NCBI GenBank assembly: GCA_023430365.1
Contig: JAEZAS010000509.1
Location: 1 to 62,486, forward strand
Source: Planctomycetota bacterium
Lineage (GTDB): Bacteria > Planctomycetota > Planctomycetia > Pirellulales > Pirellulaceae
Reading direction: 5' to 3'
DNA: 62,486 bases
Below the pieces are notes generated by a model. It worked only from the letters and a program-made list of their open reading frames with translations. It made no database searches and was not told where the DNA came from. The position numbers were made by a program, and so were the translations under genes. Position 1 is the first letter of the stretch, and every line of letters starts with the position of its first letter. Below are positions 1 through 9,332 of the stretch, piece after piece.

Positions 1-48
1 TTTTTCGGCCGGTCCGTGTTCAAGTGGTGGACGCGCCGGCCGAAAAAT
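1..48. terminator. Possible bidirectional stem-loop at the window edge
   Basis: TTTTTCGGCCGG ... CCGGCCGAAAAA inverted repeat with T/A runs on both sides; the loop is long (about 23 nt). Confidence 0.3.
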
Positions 49-176
49 GATCCCGACCCCTTTTCGTTTGCGTCTGCGCGCGGGGCTGGAACGGCACGGA
101 GGCCGTTCCCTACAGAGGACGCGGAGCGTCCAAGGGGGGCGTTACGACGCAGAGCGTCGTAACGAGCATCGACCGG

Positions 177-806
177 CTATTCGCCGGCCATTTCTACCGG
201 CGGCGTGATGCGGGGGAGGGGTTGGAGTTCGCAGGTGATCAGGCCGGCGAGAAGCGTTAGCCCGATCACCGTGTAGAACACGCCGCGGACCGGCCGGCGC
301 TCGGCGGGGGGATCGGTGGGTGGTTCCCGCCAGCGGCTGTAGATCCAAATGGCGGCCGACACGCCGGCCGAGGCCATCAGGCCGGGCAGAGCATCGCCGA
401 ATCCCGCCAGGAGCAGGCGCGACGTCGGCCCGCGCAGGACGACCGCCACGGCGACCGCCGCAACCGCCAGGTCGAGGAGGATTCGCAGGGCGTAGGTCCA
501 ACGGGCGGCAGGGGCCCCGTCCGCGCCCCGCCACGCCTCGCCCAAGTGGCTGAAGGCGAGGGCGAGCAGGTAAAGGGCGGCGACGATCAGCAGCCCCAGG
601 AGCCAGTTCTGCCAGGCCTCGGACCCTGGTTCGCTGCCGAGACCGAACAGACACGCCCCCAGCGGCACGAGCGACATCGCGGCAATGGCGGCGGTCACAA
701 AGTGGGCCAGCTCAGCGTGGTGCGGTGGGGCGTCGGGTAGCGGTTCGTCAGCCAAGATGCTGCTCGCCTCTTTCGGAAACGGGGCTCTAGGGGCAGGGGA
801 GGTCAT
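177..806 (-). CDS. Hypothetical polytopic membrane protein
   Basis: ORF 177..1004 trimmed to the internal ATG at 806. It has 5-6 hydrophobic helices (LLGLLIVAALYLLALAF, LLDLAVAAVAVAVVL, VFYTVIGLTLLAGLI). The upstream part of the ORF is the translation of repeat element A. Confidence 0.4.
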   Translation of the reverse strand: MTSPAPRAPFPKEASSILADEPLPDAPPHHAELAHFVTAAIAAMSLVPLGACLFGLGSEPGSEAWQNWLLGLLIVAALYLLALAFSHLGEAWRGADGAPAARWTYALRILLDLAVAAVAVAVVLRGPTSRLLLAGFGDALPGLMASAGVSAAIWIYSRWREPPTDPPAERRPVRGVFYTVIGLTLLAGLITCELQPLPRITPPVEMAGE

Positions 807-910
807 GCAGGCTGGGGCCTCGCGGAAATAGAATAGCAGACGGGCGGCGGAGCGGAGTAGGGACGCGGCGGGTTGCCGACTTGGTTGCCGCTTCGCAAAG
901 GCGCGTGCGT

Positions 911-999
911 CCGGCGAGCGGGAGACGTGAGTCTCCCGGTGAAGTGCGATCGAGAGATTTGCGGAGGACCCGGGACGCTTACGCGTCCCGCTCGCCGGG
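911..999. repeat. Paired GNRA-hairpin palindromic element, copy A
   Basis: GCGAGCG-[GGGAGAC GTGA GTCTCCC]-GGTGAA ... CC-[GGGACGC TTAC GCGTCCC]-GCTCGCC. Two 7-bp-stem hairpins lie in opposite orientation; loops GTGA and GTAA (the latter read on the other strand). Confidence 0.7.
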
Positions 1000-1078
1000 G
1001 CCACAAACTTGACAAAGTCGTCAAGTTTCGTTAAATTGCAACCCAGTCCGTTTTCATCGCCCTGACAGGCTCTTTGCC

Positions 1079-2821
1079 ATGCGTGATTCCCGGTCCGCTT
1101 CGCTGCGACTTACGTCCCACCGTTTCGACGTAAGTGACCGGAGGTCGGCGCGGGAGGGTGTTGAACAACCGACGGGGTATATCAACAAGTATGGGGCCCC
1201 TGCACCCCGGGGGGGCGTTGATAAACCTCGGTGGTTTATCAACACGCGTCCCAGTGCAGCTCGGCGACTTACGTCGATCGCGAGCGTCGTAAGTCTGCTG
1301 CTGGCGGTGGTGGTCGGTGGTTCGGTCGGCTGCGGCGATCGGCCGGTGGCCGCGAAGATTCGCGAGGGCGAAGCGGCGACTGCTCCGACAAAAACCGCAG
1401 AGCCGGGGGCAGTCGCTCCGGCCTCTCCTTCGGTGCGAGCAGAACCGGCCGCAGAGGCGGATGCCGCTCCTGCCGTGGTCCAGGTGGCTCAAGCGCCCCA
1501 GCGCAACCAGTCGCCTGCGTCAGCAGCTCCGCCGACGCGTCGGTCCTTGGCGGACCTGGTTCAGCGGGCGGCGAACGAGGAATTTCGGTTGCCGCAGATC
1601 GACGAGGGCAAAGTTGCCGCGGCTGGGATTCGCAAGCTGGAAGGCAAGCACATCACGATCTACACCGATGTGCCCGCCGGGGACGAAGTGGATCAGCTTC
1701 CCAGGGTCTTTGATGCGGCGGTGCCGCTCTACTGCGAGCATTTTGAGCTCGATCCGGCGCAGGCGGCGGACTGGAAGGTGGTCGGCTATCTGGTGCAGGA
1801 CAAGGAGCGGTTTCAGGGGGCGGGGCTGTTTCCCGACGACCTGCCGCCGTTTCTCAATGGTTACACGCGCGGCTCCGAGTTCTGGTGGTACGAACAACCG
1901 AGCGACTACTATCGCCGGCACCTGATGATTCACGAGGGGGTGCACGCGTTCATGTTCCGCTGGCTCGGCGGGGCCGGGCCGCCGTGGTACACCGAGGGGA
2001 TGGCGGAGCTTCTGGGCACGCACCGGTGGCAGGACGGCAAATTGCAACTCGCCTACATGCCGCAGAACAAGGAAGAGGTCCCGTACTGGGGACGGGTGAA
2101 GATCATCAAGGATCAGTTCGCGGCGAATCAAGGGCTGCAACTGACCGACATCTTTCGCCTCGACGCCCAGGCCCATCTCCGCAACGAGGCCTACGGCTGG
2201 TGCTGGGCTGCGGCTCAGTTTCTCGCAGCCCACCCACTGACCCGCGACGCTTTCCAGAAGCTCAAGGACGATGTCAAGGATCGTTCGATCGACTTCTCCG
2301 TGCGGTTCTACGAGCAGCTCAAGCCACAGTGGCCCCAGATCGCCGAGGACTGGCAGTTGTTCATCGTGAATTGCGATTATGGCTACGACGTCGAGCGGGC
2401 GGCTGTCGCGCGCAAGGAAGCGGCCCCTCTGCCGGCCAGTGGCGGCACGGCGACGATTGCCGCCGATCGGGGTTGGCAATCGAGCGGCTTCCAGGTCGAG
2501 GCAGGGAAGACGTACCGAATTGAAGCGGCGGGGCAGTTCACGATTGGGGGCGACGAGGCGAAACCGTGGCTTTGCGAGCCCAACGGCATTACGCTGCACT
2601 ACCACCGCGGTCAGCCAATCGGGATGCTGATGGCGGGAATCAGCGAGGTGGATAGCACCGTGCGTGGCATGACGCCGCTGTCCCGGCCGGTGGCGATTGG
2701 CGCCCGGGGCGAGTTTCGGCCGGAGCATAGCGGCGTGTTGTATTTCTGCGTGAACGAGTCGCCGGCGGGGCTGGGGGATAATCGCGGGACGGTGGCGGTG
2801 CGGGTGGTGGCGGTGGAGTAG
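1079..2821 (+). CDS. Secreted HExxH (zincin-like) protein with a C-terminal beta-rich domain; the true start is probably near 1250
   Basis: ORF 1079..2821. The first ~170 nt are the translation of the repeat above and have no convincing start. Hydrophobic signal-like segment LTSIASVVSLLLAVVVGGSVGC at residues ~64-86; the motif HLMIHEGVHAF (HExxH); C-terminal GWQSSGFQVEAGKTYRIEAAGQF... domain. Confidence 0.6.
   Translation: MRDSRSASLRLTSHRFDVSDRRSAREGVEQPTGYINKYGAPAPRGGVDKPRWFINTRPSAARRLTSIASVVSLLLAVVVGGSVGCGDRPVAAKIREGEAATAPTKTAEPGAVAPASPSVRAEPAAEADAAPAVVQVAQAPQRNQSPASAAPPTRRSLADLVQRAANEEFRLPQIDEGKVAAAGIRKLEGKHITIYTDVPAGDEVDQLPRVFDAAVPLYCEHFELDPAQAADWKVVGYLVQDKERFQGAGLFPDDLPPFLNGYTRGSEFWWYEQPSDYYRRHLMIHEGVHAFMFRWLGGAGPPWYTEGMAELLGTHRWQDGKLQLAYMPQNKEEVPYWGRVKIIKDQFAANQGLQLTDIFRLDAQAHLRNEAYGWCWAAAQFLAAHPLTRDAFQKLKDDVKDRSIDFSVRFYEQLKPQWPQIAEDWQLFIVNCDYGYDVERAAVARKEAAPLPASGGTATIAADRGWQSSGFQVEAGKTYRIEAAGQFTIGGDEAKPWLCEPNGITLHYHRGQPIGMLMAGISEVDSTVRGMTPLSRPVAIGARGEFRPEHSGVLYFCVNESPAGLGDNRGTVAVRVVAVE
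1095..1300. repeat. MITE-like repeat with internal GTTGATAAACC-N6-GGTTTATCAAC palindrome, copy 1
   Basis: Contains palindrome 1218..1244, extra GTTGA(A/T)(C/A)AACC half-sites, a GGGGCCCCTG motif and several inverted ACTTACGTC modules. A related inverted copy lies at 53935..54130. Confidence 0.55.
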
Positions 2822-2830
2822 GCGCTGGTT

Positions 2831-2926
2831 GGCGAGCGTGACACGTGAGTGTCACGGTCAATCGGCGGTCGATGGTCGAAAACACCGTGACACTGACGTG
2901 TCACGCTCGCCGGTGTTTCACCGGTG
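2831..2926. repeat. Paired GNRA-hairpin palindromic element, copy B
   Basis: GCGAGCG-[GTGACAC GTGA GTGTCAC]-GG ...spacer... CC-[GTGACAC TGAC GTGTCAC]-GCTCGCC-GGTGTTTCACCGG. The stems differ from copies A and C but remain base-paired. Confidence 0.7.
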
Positions 2927-2951
2927 GTTTGTCGGGGATGGGAGCATTCGC

Positions 2952-4082
2952 ATGAGTGAGTGTGCTTCGTCCGGAGGGATCGAATCGCGGCAACTGGCCG
3001 AGTTGCAGCTTTGTTTGGTTTCGGGCGTGGGGCCGCGCACCAGGCAGCAGTTGCTCGAGCACTTCGGCTCGGCGGAGCGGGTGCTTGCGGCTTCGCTCGA
3101 TGAGCTGCGGCAGGTCAGCGGCGTGGGACCGAAGCTGGCGAAGAATATCGCCGCGGCCCGATCATGCGATGCGGCGGCCAAGGAGCTGGAACGCTGCCGG
3201 GCGAGCGGTGTGGCGGTGATGGTGCAGGGAAGCGACGGCTATCCACGGATGCTGGAAGAGATTCCCGATCCGCCGGGCGTTCTGTTCCTGCGGGGTGAGA
3301 TTCAGCCGTGCGACGGTCTGGCGCTGGCGATTGTCGGAACACGCCACGCGACGCCTTATGGCGTTGCCCAGGCGGAGCGGCTCGCCAGTGGTTTGGCGAG
3401 GGCTGGGTACACGATCATCAGCGGACTGGCGCGAGGGATCGATTCGGTTGCCCATCAGGCGGCCCTCGCTGCCGGCGGGCGGACGATCGCGGTGCTCGGC
3501 AGCGGGGTGCTGAACGTCTATCCGCCGGAGAACGACGCCCTGGCGAAGGCAATTGCGAAGAACGGGGCCGTGCTCAGCGAATCGCCTCCGTTGTCGCCGC
3601 CGCTGAGCGGAGCGTTTCCGCAGCGGAACCGGATTGTGACGGGGCTGAGCCTGGGCGTGATCGTGGTCGAGGCCTCGGACCGTTCGGGAGCCCTGATCTC
3701 GGCCCGGCATGCGTCGGAGCAGGGGAGGGAAGTTTTTGCGGTCCCCGGTCGGGTCGACAGCCGAACCTCGAAGGGCTGCCACCGTCTTTTGAAGGAGGGG
3801 GCAAAACTAGTCGAGTCGGTCGATGACGTGCTCGAGGAGCTTGGCCCGCTGGTCGATACGATGCAGGAACCGAGCGGGCGAGAGATTCGTCACCCCGCCG
3901 AGCTGCAACTGAACGAGCAGGAGCGGGCGGTGCTGGAGGCGATCGAAATGGAGCCGACCGGCATCGACCAGGTGGTCGTGGCCAGTCAGCTTGCGGTTTC
4001 GCGCGTTTTGTCGACGCTGAGCGCCCTGGAAGTGCGACGGTTGATCCGCAGAGTGAGCGGGAACCGGGTGGTGAGGGTGTAA
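2952..4082 (+). CDS. dprA: DNA-processing protein DprA (Smf)
   Basis: Rossmann-fold signature LAIVGTRHATPYGVAQAERLASGLARAGYTIISGLARGIDSVAHQAAL, an N-terminal helix-hairpin-helix/SAM-like region and a C-terminal winged-helix-like tail. The start is taken at the ATG at 2952; the upstream ORF part belongs to repeat B. Confidence 0.85.
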   Translation: MSECASSGGIESRQLAELQLCLVSGVGPRTRQQLLEHFGSAERVLAASLDELRQVSGVGPKLAKNIAAARSCDAAAKELERCRASGVAVMVQGSDGYPRMLEEIPDPPGVLFLRGEIQPCDGLALAIVGTRHATPYGVAQAERLASGLARAGYTIISGLARGIDSVAHQAALAAGGRTIAVLGSGVLNVYPPENDALAKAIAKNGAVLSESPPLSPPLSGAFPQRNRIVTGLSLGVIVVEASDRSGALISARHASEQGREVFAVPGRVDSRTSKGCHRLLKEGAKLVESVDDVLEELGPLVDTMQEPSGREIRHPAELQLNEQERAVLEAIEMEPTGIDQVVVASQLAVSRVLSTLSALEVRRLIRRVSGNRVVRV

Positions 4083-4092
4083 TAGGTAGTGG

Positions 4093-4118
4093 TCAGTTTT
4101 CAGTATTCAGTTTTCAGT
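4093..4118. repeat. TCAGTTTTCAGT tandem motif (family e)
   Basis: GGTCAGTTTTCAGTATTCAGTTTTCAGTGG directly after the dprA stop. The same motif is arrayed after cysK (55330..55495). Confidence 0.5.
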
Positions 4119-4373
4119 GGGTGGGGTTGTGATGGGAGGCTCGGGTTTAGGGGCAGGGCTTGGTTGAGCGGGCCACGCTGCGCTTAGGCCCCGGCATCCT
4201 GTGACTCCCGACTCGCGTCTGACACCTGTTTGCTGACTCCTGTCTTCTGCCCCTTGGATTTGCGGTAGTTTTGGCACGCGGGGTGCGTAGAATGAAATCG
4301 GCGACGCGGTTTCTGCCAGGTTGAGCCGGTCGACAAGCGCAGTCGCTTCTTATCTGTTTCGAAAGGAGAGTTC

Positions 4374-4760
4374 GTGGCCAGCACCTTAAGCGCCCAGGCA
4401 ATTCAGTCGGATCCCCAGCACAGCCTCAATCTCGCCCTCGCGGCGGCGCGCAGTGCGGAAGAGAATCGCGGCCAGGACGTGGTCGTGCTCGACATGCGGG
4501 ATCAAACCGCCATCTTCGACTACTTCGTGGTTGCGACTGGCACCAGCCAGCGCCAACTGCGAGCCATGGGGGACGCGATCGACGACGTGCTGCAGAAAGA
4601 ACTCGGCCACACGCGGATGGGTACCGAAGGGTACAAGGACAGCAAGTGGCTATTGCTCGATTACGGCTCGGTCGTGGTGCACCTGTTCGATGGTCCGATG
4701 CGCGAGTACTACGCGATTGAGGACCTGTGGGCAGGGGCGAAGAAGGTCGAGTGGAAGTAG
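4374..4760 (+). CDS. rsfS: Ribosome silencing factor RsfS (Iojap)
   Basis: DVVVLDMRDQTAIFDYFVVATGTSQRQLRAMGDAI...WLLLDYGSVVVHLF is typical RsfS. GTG start preceded by AAGGAG. Confidence 0.85.
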   Translation: MASTLSAQAIQSDPQHSLNLALAAARSAEENRGQDVVVLDMRDQTAIFDYFVVATGTSQRQLRAMGDAIDDVLQKELGHTRMGTEGYKDSKWLLLDYGSVVVHLFDGPMREYYAIEDLWAGAKKVEWK

Positions 4761-4908
4761 GGAAGGGTTCGCAGCCGGGAGATAACATCTCCCGGAGAAC
4801 CGCGAGTGGACATCGCATTGCGGCGCGATTACGCTGACCGTTTTCGTCCCTTGAGTGTCCAATCGCAATTCTCTGGAGCGTGGTTACGCTCCGGCTACGG
4901 AGCTTGCC

Positions 4909-5802
4909 ATGACTGCTCTTTCTCGCCGCAATTTCCTGGCGGCTTCGGCTGCCACTCTTGCCGCGACCTCGTCGCTTTCTGCCATCGAGCCGATCGCGCG
5001 CAACGGTCAGCCAAAGTTCAAGTTCAGCCTGGCAGCCTACAGCTACCGAAGCTTGCTGACCGGCGAGAACCCGCAGCTCACGCTCAACGACTTCGTCGAT
5101 GATTGTGCGAAGTTCGGCCTCGAGGGGACCGAATTGACGTCGTACTACTTTCCCAAGGGCGTCACGCACGACTACCTGCGCTCGCTGAAGCGGCAATGCT
5201 TTCGGTTGGGCTTGGATGTCTCGGGGACGGCGGTGGGGAACGACTTCGGCGTGGCTCCGGGACCAGCGCGAGACAAGCAAATCGCTTCGCTGAAGCAGTC
5301 GATCGACTTCGCCCAGTCGCTCGGGGCTCCGGTGATCCGGGTCTTTGCCGGCCATACGCCCAAGGGGGAAACGGCGCCGGCGGAGGTGCACTCGCGGATG
5401 GTGTCGGCCATCGAGGAGTGCTGCGACTACGCGGGGCAGCGGGGCGTGCACCTGGCGCTCGAAAACCACGGCGGACCGACGGCGACGGCGGAAGGCTTGC
5501 TGAAGTTCGTGCAGGACGTGCAGAGCCCGTGGTTCGGCGTGAACCTGGATACGGGGAACTTCCACTCGGACGACATCTACGGCGAGCTGGAGCGGGTTGC
5601 GCCGTATGCGCTGAATGTGCAGGTGAAAGTGGTCGTGAGCGGTCCCGACAAGAAGAAGCAGCCGACCGACTACAAGCGGATTGCGAAGCTGCTCCGCGAC
5701 TCCAACTACCGCGGCTACGTCGTGCTCGAGTACGAAGAGAAGGGCGATCCGCGGGAAGAGTGCCCGAAGCACCTGCAGGAGCTGCGCGAGGCGTTTGCGT
5801 GA
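4909..5802 (+). CDS. Sugar phosphate isomerase/epimerase (xylose-isomerase-like TIM barrel) with a Tat signal
   Basis: Twin-arginine leader MTALSRRNFLAASAATLAATSSLSA, then a TIM-barrel AP-endonuclease/xylose-isomerase-like region (GLEGTEL..., HLALENHGG, NLDTGNF). Confidence 0.75.
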   Translation: MTALSRRNFLAASAATLAATSSLSAIEPIARNGQPKFKFSLAAYSYRSLLTGENPQLTLNDFVDDCAKFGLEGTELTSYYFPKGVTHDYLRSLKRQCFRLGLDVSGTAVGNDFGVAPGPARDKQIASLKQSIDFAQSLGAPVIRVFAGHTPKGETAPAEVHSRMVSAIEECCDYAGQRGVHLALENHGGPTATAEGLLKFVQDVQSPWFGVNLDTGNFHSDDIYGELERVAPYALNVQVKVVVSGPDKKKQPTDYKRIAKLLRDSNYRGYVVLEYEEKGDPREECPKHLQELREAFA

Positions 5803-6238
5803 GAGGGGGAGAGGGAAGGGAGGAGAGGGACAAGGGACAAGAGATAAGGGATTACGGCGGGAGTTGGTCGAGAACCACGAGCCTCTTGGGTCTGAACTCT
5901 AAGCTCTGCTCTCTGAACTCTCCGGCCCAAACTTTTTATTTCGCGCGAACCTTTGGGGGCTGGCTAGGTCTATTCTGTCGGCCAGCGCGAAATGCCTTTT
6001 CCGAACGCGTTCCCCGCGGCGATTCGACGAGTAACGAGAACGACTGGCGGATGAGAGAAACGTCGAATGCGCAAAACCGGCCAGATTTTCCTCTTGCCAG
6101 AATTGTGCCCCCTGACAATTATGAGATTGACGGGCCGTGCCACGCAGCACGGCAGGACTAGGGCCCGAACTAGATCGCTTCTTCGGCCGCGATCGAACCG
6201 GGGACAACTTAGTTGGAAAGGAGGTGGTCTAGTGAGTT

Positions 6239-6310
6239 ATGTCTGTACCAGCCGAGGTGGCGCCGCTTAAAGAGCCGGCGGGCTGTTTAGGCAGCCACCA
6301 CCCTCGTTGA
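6239..6310 (+). CDS. Candidate 23-aa small ORF (MSVPAEVAPLKEPAGCLGSHHPR)
   Basis: Strong SD AAAGGAGGTG 8 nt upstream of the ATG; stop at 6310; rho-independent terminator 30 nt downstream; sits inside a 500-nt gap that has no other gene. Confidence 0.25.
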   Translation: MSVPAEVAPLKEPAGCLGSHHPR

Positions 6311-6339
6311 GATCACTAGATCTTTTACGAGCTACCTGG

Positions 6340-6374
6340 GACCCGGCCTTCGCAAGAGGGCCGGGTCTTTTTTT
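6340..6374 (+). terminator. Rho-independent terminator
   Basis: GACCCGGCC-ttcgcaagag-GGCCGGGTC followed by TTTTTTT. Confidence 0.65.
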
Positions 6375-6599
6375 GCGCGCTTGGTAGGAGCTTGAGGCGC
6401 TGGGAGACTGCGGCCGGGAGTTAATAGCTCCCGGAGATGGGCGGAGGGCGTATCCACTGCAGAGTGTTGTGGACGAGGGGGCGCGAACGATTGCCGCGAC
6501 GCGTGGGCACCCATTCGGCTTCGAACCGAATTCACTTGGCAGAGTGTCTCGGTGGTTCTCCGGAGCGTGCTACGCTCCGGCTATGGATCGGATGTTCTG

Positions 6600-7478
6600 C
6601 TACTCGGCGCCGGCGGTGACCTGGGTCACGTCGGAGGCGTCGAGCGTCAACTGCATGCCGTTGTAGGCGCTCCCCGCGCGGTGGCTGGCGTGCCAGAGGG
6701 TTTCCATCTCGGCGAGGCCGTTGATGTGGTACACATCGCGGAGGGCTTTGTCGTAGCCGTGCTCCATCGCCCGCTGCACGAACGTGACAAACCGCGAGGG
6801 ATCGTCCCGGCGGGCGAGGAAGCTGACCAGCGAGGCACTCTGACCATAGAAAGCGGGAATGCGTTCGCGAGACGGATAATCGTCGAGCGTCAGCAGCTCC
6901 GCACAGCGGAAGGCGGAGCGGCGTTCGAGGCTGACGATCAGATCGCGCTGATGAAGCTGCTGCTTGGTTTCGTCATCGGCGAGGATGGCCACGCCTTCGT
7001 CGATCCAGCGGGGCGGCTGCCGGCCCTTGAACAGGTCGGCGAAGATCACATGAGTCATCTCGTGGGCCAAGGCCGAGAGGGGCTCTCCGGTTTGGCCCAA
7101 GAGATCGATCCGGCGAAGCGTCACGCGGGCGCCGGAGAACTCGATCGAGCAGGTTCCCAGCGTCTGCACCGCGCCCGTCCCGACGGCAGCCAGGTAATCC
7201 CGGCGAGTGGCGTGGATCACGATTCGACAGCGAGGTTCCCAGGCCGAAGTTTTGGAGCTGCCGCACCAGAACGAGTGCAATCGCTCGCGCCAGCGTTCGC
7301 AATGGACCGCCACATCGCGGGCGTCATGCGCCGAGCAGTTGCTGAACACGGCGAAATTGGTCGATCCGGCGACCCGGGCATCACCAGCAACAGCGGGAGC
7401 GGGCGAAGCAGCGTCTGCACGGGTAGTGCTCGACGTTGCACCGGCAACGACGAGCAATAGAGCGGTCGTCATCCACAC
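6600..7478 (-). CDS. Secreted HExxH zincin-like protein (second paralogous type)
   Basis: Signal peptide MWMTTALLLVVAGATSSTTRADA; ALAHEMTHVIFADL (HExxH) with a downstream WIDEGVA. The reverse strand is chosen over the overlapping + ORF, which lacks motifs. Confidence 0.55.
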   Translation of the reverse strand: MWMTTALLLVVAGATSSTTRADAASPAPAVAGDARVAGSTNFAVFSNCSAHDARDVAVHCERWRERLHSFWCGSSKTSAWEPRCRIVIHATRRDYLAAVGTGAVQTLGTCSIEFSGARVTLRRIDLLGQTGEPLSALAHEMTHVIFADLFKGRQPPRWIDEGVAILADDETKQQLHQRDLIVSLERRSAFRCAELLTLDDYPSRERIPAFYGQSASLVSFLARRDDPSRFVTFVQRAMEHGYDKALRDVYHINGLAEMETLWHASHRAGSAYNGMQLTLDASDVTQVTAGAE

Positions 7479-7893
7479 GGTCGAATTCCCTTCGATCCAA
7501 GGCGGGAGCGCACTCAGTTGCGCTTGATGATCGAGTGCCTAAGTCAAACCGCGCGCCAAAGCGCGCAGTGGCTCTATCCCATCCATCGGCTGGCATATGC
7601 AAAGCAAGGCAGCGTCGAGCCTTGCGAATGTGTGCAAAATGTCGCCATCACAAAGTGCTAGCGATAGTCGCGAGTGGAATGCCCGATTGTGAGGCGGCGT
7701 TTGCCTCGGTTTTCAGCAGATGGCGCAACTTGTGCAAAGCTGGACGCTTCACCGTGGAAGGCGGCGATTTGCACGGTCGGGGAAACTTTGATCAAGGACT
7801 CCCCGCCGATCGGCCGCACGCGGGAATTTGAGATGAGCCGTTTTCAATGGACGGCGCAGGCCCAGGCAAGGCTCTTTCACAGTGAGGTGACTT

Positions 7894-8346
7894 ATGAAGG
7901 CGGGATGGAAAATCGCGCTCGCGATCTTAGTTGCGGCGGCGGGCATGCCACTGGCGGCTAGTGCGGGCCACGGGCGTCATCACCACGGTGGCGGATATGG
8001 GTATGGAGGCGGGTACGGGGGCAACTGCAGTTGTGGCGTGCAGGTGCAGTACGCGCCGCCGGCTCACGCACAGTACGGCGAACCCACTCCAGCCGTGGCG
8101 CAAACGGGAACCGGCTACCGTTCGTTCTCCTATAGCCCGACTCCGACCGAAGGAGTTCAGCAAGCTGCGGCCGTCGCTTCGACCCCGGCGATGATTGCCC
8201 CAAGCTATTACCCAGCCTATGCGGGCTACGGCGCGGGTTACTACGGCGGCGGGTATTCCTACGGCTCGAATTGGGGTGCCCGGGTTTATAACAACGTGTC
8301 GAACAAGACACTTGGCCGCCACGACTATGGCCTGGGCCGTCGCTAG
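7894..8346 (+). CDS. Secreted Gly/Tyr-rich low-complexity protein
   Basis: Signal peptide MKAGWKIALAILVAAAGMPLAASA, then HHHGGGYGYGGGYGG and GYGAGYYGGGYSYG repeats. GTGAGGTGA lies 4 nt before the ATG; a terminator lies downstream. Confidence 0.5.
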   Translation: MKAGWKIALAILVAAAGMPLAASAGHGRHHHGGGYGYGGGYGGNCSCGVQVQYAPPAHAQYGEPTPAVAQTGTGYRSFSYSPTPTEGVQQAAAVASTPAMIAPSYYPAYAGYGAGYYGGGYSYGSNWGARVYNNVSNKTLGRHDYGLGRR

Positions 8347-8376
8347 CTCAAAACCCGTAGTCCAAGAACGCAAAAA

Positions 8377-8409
8377 GCTCCCAGCGACTTTCCGCCTGGG
8401 AGCTTTTTC
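8377..8409. terminator. Bidirectional rho-independent terminator
   Basis: AAAAAGCTCCCAG-cgactttccgc-CTGGGAGCTTTTT, with an A-run before and a T-run after. It lies between the convergent genes 7894..8346(+) and infC(-). Confidence 0.65.
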
Positions 8410-8437
8410 ACTTTTGTCAGAGCATGGAGCGTTTGAG

Positions 8438-8944
8438 CTACCGGGGCATCAAGGTGGCAATCATGCGCTTGGCTTGCTGCTGCGGCGGGAACTCCAGCTT
8501 GCCCACTTCCAGCAGCTCGTTGACCACCTTATCCATCACCTTCCGGCCCTCGTCGATGTGAGCGAGTTCGCGACCGCGGAAGATCACAGAGACCTGCACT
8601 TTGTCTTTGTGCTGCAGGAAGCCCTTCGCCTGCTTGATCTTGAAATCGATATCGTGATCGCCGGTCTTGGGACGAAGGCGGATTTCTTTGGTCTTCGTCT
8701 GATGCGTGGTTTGGTGGGACTTCTTTTTCTTTTCGTACTTGTACTTGCCGAAGTCCATGATGCGGCAAACGGGTGGTCGCTCGTTGGGAGCAACTTCCAC
8801 GAGATCCAAGTCCTCAGCCCGGGCGCGAGCCAACGCATCGTCGGCCGACAGGATGCCCAACTGAGAACCGTCGCTGCCAATCACACGCAGTGGTGAGATA
8901 CGAATCTGCTCGTTCACACGAGTCGTAATCCGGTCGATCGCCAT
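8438..8944 (-). CDS. infC: Translation initiation factor IF-3
   Basis: [24 protein letters not shown]...[24 protein letters not shown]...[21 protein letters not shown] aligns along the whole length with IF-3. Start set at the ATG MAIDR (8944); IF-3 is known to use atypical starts, so the exact start is uncertain. Confidence 0.85.
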   Translation of the reverse strand: MAIDRITTRVNEQIRISPLRVIGSDGSQLGILSADDALARARAEDLDLVEVAPNERPPVCRIMDFGKYKYEKKKKSHQTTHQTKTKEIRLRPKTGDHDIDFKIKQAKGFLQHKDKVQVSVIFRGRELAHIDEGRKVMDKVVNELLEVGKLEFPPQQQAKRMIATLMPR

Positions 8945-9332
8945 AACCCCCTTTTTGTGGTCAAGGAAAAGATTGGTAGTACCCCGCTCAGCCGGCCTGC
9001 CATCCATCACAAGCGTAGCATGCGGACAATCGCATAAGTATGACGCTTGGACAGCCCAAACGTCAACAGCTACCTGAGCGACAAGGGTGTCAATTTCGCG
9101 CAATTCGCCGATTCGGTCGCCCTGCACCGGACGCCCAGCGGCGAGGCCGGGAGGTTGCGCTCGCCCCCGTGCTACGTCGGTGGAGTCCAGTCCCCCTCGT
9201 CCCAGGACCGCCGAGCGACCGTGGTACGGGGTTTGCTTCCACGGTGAATGTCGTTGACCCATTTTCTCGGGGGTCTGCGCCGCAGTGTGCGGCGGGCTCC
9301 CGAACGTACAAATCGGCAGAGGAGACTAGGTT

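Noticed and set aside
142-654. 170-aa minus-strand ORF
   Set aside because: Alternative frame of the membrane-protein gene region; Arg/Pro-rich.
1079-1250. N-terminal ~57 codons of ORF 1079..2821; likewise 2829..2951 of the dprA ORF, 18959..19054 of the FHA ORF and 53679..53765 of the cupin ORF
   Set aside because: These 5' extensions are encoded by repeat elements (families d, a and b). The real starts are downstream.
1520-2728. 402-aa minus-strand ORF inside the HExxH protein gene
   Set aside because: Antisense shadow ORF in high-GC DNA; Arg/Pro-rich, no motifs; the sense strand has clear domain content.
4426-5772. 448-aa minus-strand ORF overlapping rsfS and the sugar phosphate isomerase
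   Set aside because: Antisense shadow; Arg-rich low complexity, no start context.
5900-6340. Possible tmRNA, RNase P or SRP RNA in the 500-bp gap
   Set aside because: No match by eye to the conserved cores (tmRNA tRNA-like end and tag ORF, RNase P P4 helix, SRP GGAA/AGCAGCC domain). Only the small ORF plus terminator is reported.
8438-9262. Full 274-aa version of the infC ORF
   Set aside because: Only the C-terminal ~168 aa align to IF-3; the upstream part is unrelated low complexity.
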